Source: Macrostomum lignano (taxonomy: Eukaryota). From it: 64,000 nt of DNA. The notes under the pieces were generated by a model. That model was not told the DNA's origin. It searched no databases and was given only the letters and a program-made list of their open reading frames with translations. Of this stretch, positions 13,395 to 22,700 are shown piece after piece. The first letter of the stretch is position 1; each line of letters starts with the position of its first letter. The position numbers and the translations under genes are program-made. The DNA lies in assembly GCA_002269645.1 (NCBI GenBank), contig NIVC01000629.1:372001-436000 (forward strand). The letters are read 5' to 3'.

Positions 13395-14618
13395 ATGGAC
13401 GCCAACTCAACATCCGAGGCCGCTGGGCGACCTGCACCTTCGATCGGGCTGGTCTACACCTTAGACAATGAGAACTGCTCAGTGAACCCTACGCCATTGT
13501 TTGACTGGTCAAACGGGCCCACCCAAGTGCTTATGGACTGCTTGTACTTTTGCAAATGCCTCGTAGCTCTGCTCGGCCTAGTTGTCAACCTGATCTCCGT
13601 TCGAGTATTCGCGTCATTCAAACGTCGAACACTGTTTATCTCGATGATTTTCTACCTGAGCGCCTGCGAAGTCTGCTTCAACGCGTCCGGCTTCACCTTC
13701 GAGTTGTTCTACCTGCTGGCAGTAGGCACCAACGGTCACGTGATGCCTCTGGGCGGTCCGCTGCCACTGGCCGTGGCTCTGAGCTACCTACTGTGCCAGG
13801 CCGTGTGGGTAGTGTACAAGGCGTCGCTAATATTGCGCAACTGGATCATCGTGGTGATCGCCTGGAGGCGGTACCGGGCGATCCGGGCCAGCCTGAACGG
13901 ATACCGCAGCGGGCCTGGCAGGCGCTCGTTGCGGCTGAGCCTGCTCTGCCTGGGTGTACTGGCCGCTCTGCTGACGGCTCCCCGATCGCTAGAGGTGGCC
14001 TACTACTTGTGCGTCGAGTCTCGCCAGCTCGTTCGCGTGGCGGTGGCCGGGTTCGCCTCAAGTCGCGGCTACAGCGTCTATCCGAAAATCTTCTTCGTGG
14101 CCACATCGCCTCTGCCAATAGTCTGCCTGCTGGTGATCAGCTTCTTGATGCTGTGCAGCTTGAGGAACTCGACAGATGCTCAGCTGCTTCATGGAGGCGG
14201 CGGAAGCGGTGGTAGCGGCAGTGGAGGGCGCTGCGACTCCGTCAATCGAACTGTACAGGTTCTCTGCGCCACCTTCGTGCTGTGCGAGCTGCCCATGCTG
14301 GTGGCCGGGGTGGTCAAGGACGCCGACTGCAACGAGCACTGTCCGCACCTGCAGGTTTTCATGGGAATAGCCAACATCCTCACTAGCCTGGATTCGCTAG
14401 CTAACTTCGGCGTCTATTTCTTCTCGATTCGAGCCTTCCGGCACAAACTGGCTCCGGCTTGCGCTAGCGGGGCCGCGCCAGCGGCGAACGCAGCCGCCGC
14501 CGCCGCCGCCGCCAACACCGCCGCTGTTGAGGCTGGCAGACGGCATCAGCGAATTCGATTGGCAGAGCAATCCACCGAGTGGGTTTCTATGCGCAATCTG
14601 ATAGCTTCTGACCGATGA
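13395..14618 (+). CDS. Class A (rhodopsin-like) orphan peptide-type GPCR, intronless, 407 aa
   Basis: Seven hydrophobic segments. N-terminal sequons NST and NCS. TM3 end ILRNWIIVVIAWRRYRAI (DRY position reads RRY), TM6 FVLCELP, TM7 LDSLANFGVYFFS (NPxxY position reads NFxxY). GC-rich codon usage, ATG start, TGA stop. Confidence 0.9.
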   Translation: MDANSTSEAAGRPAPSIGLVYTLDNENCSVNPTPLFDWSNGPTQVLMDCLYFCKCLVALLGLVVNLISVRVFASFKRRTLFISMIFYLSACEVCFNASGFTFELFYLLAVGTNGHVMPLGGPLPLAVALSYLLCQAVWVVYKASLILRNWIIVVIAWRRYRAIRASLNGYRSGPGRRSLRLSLLCLGVLAALLTAPRSLEVAYYLCVESRQLVRVAVAGFASSRGYSVYPKIFFVATSPLPIVCLLVISFLMLCSLRNSTDAQLLHGGGGSGGSGSGGRCDSVNRTVQVLCATFVLCELPMLVAGVVKDADCNEHCPHLQVFMGIANILTSLDSLANFGVYFFSIRAFRHKLAPACASGAAPAANAAAAAAAANTAAVEAGRRHQRIRLAEQSTEWVSMRNLIASDR

Positions 14619-15519
14619 GTGAACGGAACGAACTAGCTCGTAGATCAATAGTGTATTGCCACCTGGACACACTGCAAGAAAGAAAAGGACACACTAAAGA
14701 GACACCATGCAGCGCAACGGCTCCAAGTTGAACAATTTTTTAATCATGCGTCAAGTATTGAAAGTTCGAAAAGTAAACTAGTAGTTTAGCGTTTCCATAG
14801 CCATAAGGTTAAAGTTGAATATAATATAATTTCTCATTTAATCCAGCACCCTCTCAACCAGTACTGCGAGCATTCTATGCACATTCTATGTTGTGCTCAT
14901 TGCATTACTCCTGTAAGTTTTTGTTTGTGTTTGCAACGTGCAACTGCGCCCCATCGCGTGCAACAACACCCAAGCCGCCCCAACCCAATCCGTCTAGCTT
15001 ATTGTAGTGTACTTCAGTGCGATGCATAATATTGGCGCGCAAATATTATTTGCAATGTATTACGTAAGACTCACGCGCACTTACTCTCCGCATATATAAA
15101 TATACTTGCAGGGAAGTCGGCCCATTTCTTAGATTCTTCGTGCACTCGCAAACCCAATGATTTTGTCTGAGTCACTACACTTATAAAATACATCGATTTT
15201 CATGTCACAATCTTCTCGCAATCATAAATCTAGCTTGTCTCACAGACGTAAATTAAACAAAATATGATTTCAATTTTAGATGAGTAGCCTTGCTCGTATT
15301 ATTGGTCTAAAAAAGATATTGATGGCCATGGTGAGGTGACCTGGTCCTGTTCGGGAAAACTAAATTTTATAAATACCTCAGAGTAAGAAAGACCCTTAGG
15401 ATAGAGTTCATTAGAACCTGTTAGATCTTTGAGATTTTGGAGAATCTACCAATCTTCAATAAGACTCTCATAGTACAGTAGTAGTGAGATATAAAGTGAA
15501 GGGAGTCACGTCACAAGCT

Positions 15520-16250
15520 CGAAAAGTCACATCGTCGAAAACTCATTTAGCAACCACCATCAGAAGCTCGAAAAGGGTTAGGGTTAGGGTTAGGGCAACT
15601 TGCGGGCTTTCAAAAAATGATAGTTGGAAAGTTTGGGGTGCTTTCACAACGTCGAAATTTCACAACGTCGAAAACTAAATTATTTCACAAGGTCGAAACT
15701 TCATAAGGTCGAAATTTCACAACATCGAAAACTTTAGCAAGAGACTTCATAAGGTCGAAATTTTACAAGGTCGAAATTTCATAACATCGAAAACTCGAAA
15801 AGCAGCCACTTTCACAAGGTCGAAACTTCACAACATCGAAAACTCGAAAAGCAGCCACTTTCATAAGGTCGAAATTTCACAAGGTCGAAATTTCATAACA
15901 TCGAAACTCAAATAGCAGCCACTTTCACACGGTCGAAATTTCATAACATCGAAACTCAAACTTGTGAAAGTGGCTGCTATTTGAGTTTTCGACCTTGTGA
16001 AATTTCGACCTTATGAAGTCTCTTGCTAAAGTTTTCGATGTTGTGAAATTTCGACCTTATGAAGTCTCTTGCTAAAGTTTTCGATGTTGTGAAATTTCGA
16101 CCTTATGAAAGTGGCTGCTTTTCGAGTTTTCGATGTTGTGAAATTTCTACCTTGGGAAATTTCGACCTTATGAAGGAGGGTGCTTTCGACGTTGTGAAAT
16201 TTCGAGTTTGTGAAACCCCCCCCCCCGAAAGTTTCCCCATGTGACTTTTT
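15520..16250. mobile_element. Foldback-like element: two ~300-bp inverted arms built from aggtcgaaatttc-type subrepeats
   Basis: Left-arm blocks such as cttcataaggtcgaaatttcacaacatcgaaaactttagcaagagac recur as exact reverse complements after ~15960. Outer aaaagtcacat (~15521) pairs with atgtgactttt (~16239). (TTAGGG)3 at 15574-15595. Confidence 0.65.
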
Positions 16251-16289
16251 GGGGTGGGGGTTTCACTAGGCCGAAAGTTTACATTGCCA

Positions 16290-16808
16290 AGTGAATCTTC
16301 GGCCTAGTGAAATTTTGGCCTTATGAAAGAGCGTGCTAGCTATTTCGGGAATGTGAATCTACGGCCTAGTGAAATTTTGGCCTTATGAAAGAGCGTGCTA
16401 GCTATTTCGGGAATGTGAATCTACGGCCTAGTGAAATTTTGGCCTTATGAAAGAGCGTGCTAGCTATTTCGGGAATGTGAATCTACGGCCTAGTGAAATT
16501 TTGGCCTTATGAAAGAGCGTGCTAGCTATTTCGGGAATGTGAATCTACGGCCTAGTGAAATTTTGGCCTTATGAAAGAGCGTGCTAGCTATTTCGGGAAT
16601 GTGAATCTACGGCCTAGTGAAATTTTGGCCTTATGAAAGAGCGTGCTAGCTATTTCGGGAATCTGAATTTTCGGCCTAGTGAAATTTTGGCCTTATGAAA
16701 GAGCGTGCTAGCTATTTCGGGAATGTGAATCTACGGCCTAGTGAAATTTTGGCCTTATGAAAGAGCGTGCTAGCTATTTCGGGAATCTGAATTTTCGGCC
16801 TAGTGAAA
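16290..16808. repeat. 62-bp minisatellite, ~8 copies
   Basis: Unit ttatgaaagagcgtgctagctatttcgggaatgtgaatctacggcctagtgaaattttggcc; its sub-motifs resemble the adjacent foldback subrepeats. Confidence 0.95.
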
Positions 16809-17564
16809 GACGCTGCTAAAATAATTTTTCGGCGTTTTGAAGTTTCGGCCTAATGAATGTAATTTTGACTCTTTATGAAATTCTCCGTTCGGGGACAGCA
16901 GTAACAAATTGTAAATAAATAAAATAACTATTATAAGAAACAATGTTCAACAGATACTTCTCTATTTTATTTATATTGAACTCCCTCATATGCTCAATCT
17001 TCGAGTCTCGAAGTCAACTAAATTCTTCCCTGGCACATCAACATCTCACACAGTTGCATTAACTGTGATTTCGGGTTCGAGGCAGTTGACTAAAAAATGG
17101 AATAAAAATCGTCTTAGTGACCCAGCATCAACTGCAGGCAAAATCGGATTGAAGAGGCAGAGGCCTGGATTATTGAGATTACTGGGATTTGGGAAGCAAA
17201 GAAATCAAGAGGCTTAGCCTGTCACACATATCATCCAACAGTCCTGAGGAAATTAAAAGCTGTCTTCGCCCCATCAATGGCATCGGCAGACATGCAACTT
17301 CGGCTCGGGTAGAGAATAGAAAGCGAGCTGGTGGGATTAATCTCACACGTACGAGCTGTCCAAAGACCCGCGGTCTTGAAAAAACACACAGAACTGCAGC
17401 AGAGGGTCGATGAACCCGCAAATTAGGCAAATTTCGGGTCTGTGTGATTTCCCCGCAGGCGGGTTTCCTGCCGAAGTTCGCCGGCAAAACTTTTCTCGCG
17501 GCGAAGTTTTCCAGTCGGAGTTTTCCCGCAGGCGGTTTTTCCTTACCCGCGTGATGTTTCCAGC

Positions 17565-18195
17565 GGGAGAGTCTCGGTGGGAGAGTCTGGGTTAGAGAGT
17601 CTCGGTGGGAGAGTCCAAGCGGGAGAGTCTCTCTGGGAGATTCCAAGCGGGAGGGTCTAAGAAGGAGAGTCTCGGTGGGAGAGTCTGGGTTAGAGAGTCT
17701 CGGTTAGAGAGTCTCGGTGGGAGAGTCCGAGCGGGAGAGTCTCTCTGGGAGATTCCAAGCGGGAGGGTCTAAGAAGGAGAGTCTCGGTGGGAGAGTCCAA
17801 GAAGGAGAGTCCAAGAAGGAGAGTCTCGGCAGAAGAGTTTCGGTGGGAGAGTCGCGACAGGAGAGTCTCGACAGGAGAGTCTCGGTGGGAGAGTCCAAGC
17901 GGGAGAGTCCAAGAAGGAGAGTCTCGGTGGGAGAGTCCAAGAAGGAGAGTCTCGGTGGGAGAGTCCAAGAAGGAGAGTCTCGGTGGGAGAGTCCAAGAAG
18001 GAGAGTCTCGGTGGGAGAGTCCAAGAAGGAGAGTCCAAGAAGGAGAGTCTCGGTGGGAGAGTCCAAGAAGGAGAGTCCAAGAAGGAGAGTCTCGGTGGGA
18101 GAGTCCAAGAAGGAGAGTCCAAGAAGGAGAGTCCAAGCGGGAGAGTCTCGACGGGAGGGTCTCTGCGGGAGAGTCTCGGCGGGAGAGTCTCGATC
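17565..18195. repeat. Modular ~14-bp minisatellite (ggagagt + ctcggtg / ccaagaa / ccaagcg)
   Basis: Constant ggagagt core alternating with variable 7-mers; source of several spurious ORFs. Confidence 0.92.
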
Positions 18196-18622
18196 GGCAG
18201 GAGAGTCTTAGCAGTGTATTTTAAATTACTTCCTATCTTTACAATGCATTTTGCAGAGAAAACCATGCAAGCGCGAGTTTAGCGTAATTTTAGTTTTTTT
18301 GCCCACCAGAAAAAAGCAGGACAAACACGCAACTGAAAAATTATGCGAAAACCTGCTAGTTTTGCAGAATTTTGCTTGCGTTAGCGGCCTATAAATAGTT
18401 AATAGTACATATAATTACCGGTACATTCGATAGGCGACAGACGCGTTGTCATTGAACTCACCCTGAAAAGCACGCTTCGATCTCCTGATTAGCTGGGCAA
18501 CTAAGCCACTGAGCAGGAAACGTGATCACTTGATTGCAAAAGTATTTTTGTACCGACAGTGCTACTAAAAGTAGACTATACGTAGAATGGAAGTATACCA
18601 TTACTGGTGGGTCAAATTACCA

Positions 18623-18840
18623 TTGGTGAATGAGCTCAGCTCCAGCACAATTGGTGAATGAACTCAGCTCCAGCACAATTGGTGAATGAACTCAGCTCCA
18701 GCACAATTGGTGAATGAACTCAGCTTCAGCACAATTGGTAAATGAACTCAGCTCCAGCACAATTGGTGAATGAACTCAGCTCCAGCACAATTGGTAAATG
18801 AACTCAGCTCCAGTACAATTGGTAAATGAACTCAGCTCCT
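18623..18840. repeat. 28-bp minisatellite, ~8 copies
   Basis: Unit ttggtgaatgaactcagctccagcacaa. Confidence 0.95.
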
Positions 18841-19196
18841 TGGAGGGGTAAGCAATTGAGCACACATCGAATACGGTCAGTATAAGCACTGAAAGTCAGA
18901 AGTTCAACAAGTAGCAGGTGATGATATATTTCGACCAGATTCGCCTCTCACTGCTCTCCAATTAGCTAATCAGCAAGTTCCCTTCCCGTCTACGGTATTC
19001 ATATCCCATATGCCGACTCACTTCTCTGCTCAGGGCAAAACCTTTGGGTCTCTAATTGTCTTTTCGAGCCTTCCCGCACTATCCCCTGCTTCTCAAAGGT
19101 TCGCCTTTATCCGAATTTCTAGTCTCGCCACGAATGATACTTAGGGGATGGGTGTTATTAGCCCGCCTTCAGTGAGGGATGGATAAGATTATAGCC

Positions 19197-19383
19197 GTTG
19201 CTATGGCAAAAACAAGGCTATAGGAAGCCGTTTACCGGCCCTACCCATCCTGTAATTTCTCCCTCACTTCCTCTCACTCTCTCTTCAGTCAAACTGTGTC
19301 TGCGTGTGCGGCCATGGAATTCTAAACCTTGCGGCAGCTTCCAATCCATGTGCTAGGTTACAAATTCAAGTTACCATGGAAAC
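19197..19383. promoter_or_regulatory. Two RFX X-box motifs upstream of PDE1
   Basis: GTTACCATGGAAAC (19370-19383) fits the GTHNYYATRRNAAC consensus exactly; GTTGCTATGGCAAA (19197-19210) has one mismatch. A GC-box tract ggggcggggcggg follows at ~19586-19598. Confidence 0.5.
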
Positions 19384-19732
19384 TGGGATAGAAGGATAAA
19401 GACGTCTCAAGTCGGCAGCGGAAGAGATGACTCTCAAGTGGAATGGGGAGAAAATCCGAGGCGAGAGCCGCCGTCTCCTCCGTCATGCTAGCTGAGAGGA
19501 GGGGCTAACGGGAAAGGGAGGGAGAGAGCCAAGGTAAGGGAAATGAAATCGGAGAAACTCGTGCAAAAGCTCGGCGCCGACAACGGGGGCGGGGCGGGTA
19601 GGGAAGGCCGCTCGAACTGGTTATAATCAGCCAGATGGATGCGGAGCCTGCAGCTCAGCAAAATCCGCTCAGAATTTGCCCAGTGATTATCGTTGCAGAC
19701 ATTTTAGACACTTTTTCGGACTGCGCTTAGTC

Positions 19733-22700
19733 ATGCAGAACGGCAGCTCAAGCCGCCTGGTCTCCGTGAGGGCCGCCGCCTCCTCAGCCTCGCCGTTCGC
19801 AATGTCGGGCGAATTTCGCGGCAACCTGCAGCTGCTGCAGGCCTGCTCAGAGAAGCTGCGGCACCTGCTCCAGCTGGTGCAGGAGGGCGAGGTTGGCAAA
19901 GACGAGATAGTGCCTTCGCTGCTGAACTCCGCCAGGCTGCTGGAGAAGGTTAGGGCCCATTGTGTATCAAAGGGAATGTGAACTTAAGGTTAGGGCCCAT
20001 TGTGTATCAAAGGGAATGTGAACTTAAGGTTAGGGCCCATTGTGTATCAAAGGGAATGTGAACTTAAGGTTAGGGCCCATTGTGTATCAAAGGGAATGTG
20101 AACTTAAGGTTAGGGCCCATTGTGTATCAAAGGGAATGTGAACTTAAGGTTAGGGCCTATTGTGTATCAAAGGGAATGTGAACTTAAGAACTTGTGAACT
20201 CTTTAAGGCTGGGGTTTTTTGCATATCAAAGTCGGAAATGTCTTGGGGACTTCTTTCAGCTTTTGTCTTTTTTCGTCAACGAGGCAGTCCTACGTTTCGA
20301 AACGTCGGGTTGTGAAATGTGTGATACAAACCCCCTCCCCCCGACGCTATTTATGTCTCCATCAAGGCGGGAAAACACAATGAGAGCTGTGGTGAAAGGG
20401 ATAACAAACATTGTCAAACATTGGGCTTAACTATCGCTCCTATTCTTCACACAAACATAAAAAGAGCGTTTATCATGGTCATCTCGTCAGTTAAGCATTG
20501 GAAGCTCCAAATGAAGGGATTGGGATAGAAAAACCGGGACCCAATGCTTCAGGCTCAGTTCACATGCTTCAGTTCACACCCCTTTTGGCAGGGAATTGTT
20601 GGCGTCCTCGTCTCCTCCTCTGTGCTAAACATCGAGCAAGGGATCGATATCGAATCAGGTCACGAATGCTCACTAAAATACCCACTCACTTTTCCAGCCT
20701 GTCTATCACCTTTGATTCGAACTTTCCAATTTGAGTGTTCCGCCAATTTTTCTATAAGATTCAAATGTCAACGTTCGTTCGTTCGCAGGTGTTTGTCGAT
20801 CGAAGCAAAGGCATGCGAGCAGACGAGCAGGAAGAGGATCTGTTCAGCTTAGCCTCGGCTACCGGCGTTGGCGGCGTCGGCGGCGGCGTCGACGCGGGCC
20901 GGTCCGATGTGGCGTCGGTGCCGGAGCGGGTGCAGGAGTGGCTGACGGCGACTTTCACCAGGCGCGGCAGCGTCACAGCGGTCGGCGGTCGGCGGCGGCT
21001 GCGGAGTCTGGCCACGGTGGTGCAGACCAGCGTCTACTTTGAGAAGTTGTTCCGCAATCGCGGCTTCGGCCGAGGCGTTGCCGGAGTGGCCGCCGCGGCG
21101 ATGCAGCAACAGAAGAAGCTGAGGGTAGGAAACGTGAGTAAATTAGGGGCTCGAACTTGGCACCTCGGTTACTAGGAGGATTTTAGATTTTATCCAAATC
21201 CCACGGTCTCTCTTGAAAAGGTATTAGACCTAAGAATCCCACTGCCGCTCTCGCACACCTGTGCAGGATGAGTAGCAAGGTGCTAGACTTAAGAATCCCA
21301 CTGCCGCTCTCGCACACCTGTGCAGGATGAGTAGCAAGGTGCTAGACTTAAGAATCCCACTGCCGCTCTCGCACACCTGTGCAGGATGAGTAGCAAGGTG
21401 CTAGACTTAAGAATCCCACTGCCGCTCTCGCACACCTGTGCAGGATGAGTAGCAAGGTGCTAGACTTAAGAATCCCACTGCCGCTCTCGCACACCTGTGC
21501 AGGATGAGTAGCAAGGTGCTAGACTTAAGAATCCCACTGCCGCTCTCGCACACCTGTGCAGGATGAGTAGCAAGGTGCTAGACTTAAGAATCCCACTGCC
21601 GCTCTCGCACACCTGTGCAGGATGAGTAGCAAGGTGCTAGACTTAAGAATCCCACTGCCGCTCTCGCACACCTGTGCAGGATGAGTAGCAAGGTGCTAGA
21701 CTTAAGAATCCCACTGCCGCTCTCGCACACCTGTGCAGGATGAGTAGCAAGGTGCTAGACTTAAGAATCCCACTGCCGCTCTCGCACACCTGTGCAGGAT
21801 GAGTAGCAAGGTGCTAGACTTAAGAATCCCACTGCCGCTCTCGCACACCTGTGCAGGATGAGTAGCAAGGTGCTAGACTTAAGAATCCCACTGCCGCTCT
21901 CGCACACCTGTGCAGGATGAGTAGCAAGGTGCTAGACTTAAGAATCCCACTGCCGCTCTCGCACACCTGTGCAGGATGAGTAGCAAGGTGCTAGACTTAA
22001 GAATCCCACTGCCGCTCTCGCACACCTGTGCAGGAGGAGGAGCCTGATGAGGAGCCGCTGCCGCCAATTTTGCTGGCCATACCGACTCGGGCTCTGGCCT
22101 TCCTTGAGCAGTCGGCCCACCAGTGGGACTTCGATCCGTTTGCGCTGACCGACATGACGGGCGAGCGGCCCATTCGCAGCATGGGACTGTACCTGTTCCA
22201 CCAGTTCGACTTGACTGACAAGTTCGGCATCCAGCTGCCAGTGCTAGAGGCCTTCCTCGACCTGGTGGAGGAGGGCTACAAGCGACACGGCAACCCGTAC
22301 CACAACTGCACCCACTCAGCGGACGTGGCCCAGACCTGCTGCTTCATCCTGTCGCGCCACGGCCTCGCCAGCTGGCTTAGCGACATCGAGGTTCTGGCTT
22401 TGCTCTTCGCGGCGCTGATCCACGACTTTGAGCACACCGGTACTACTAATAATTATCACGTGCAGAGCCGGTCCCAGCTTGCCGTGGTCTATAATGACAA
22501 GTCCGTGCTGGAGAGCTATCACGTGAGCGCCGTATTCCGCAAAATGCACGAACAGGGGGCCAAGTGCAATTTGGTCAAATGCTTGAGTCCGACAGAGTAC
22601 AGGCAGTTCCGGTCTCTGGTCATCGAGATGGTGCTGGCTACGGATATGTCCACGCACTTTGCTCAGGTGAGCCCTCTGAAGCTCATGATGTGCGTTTTTG

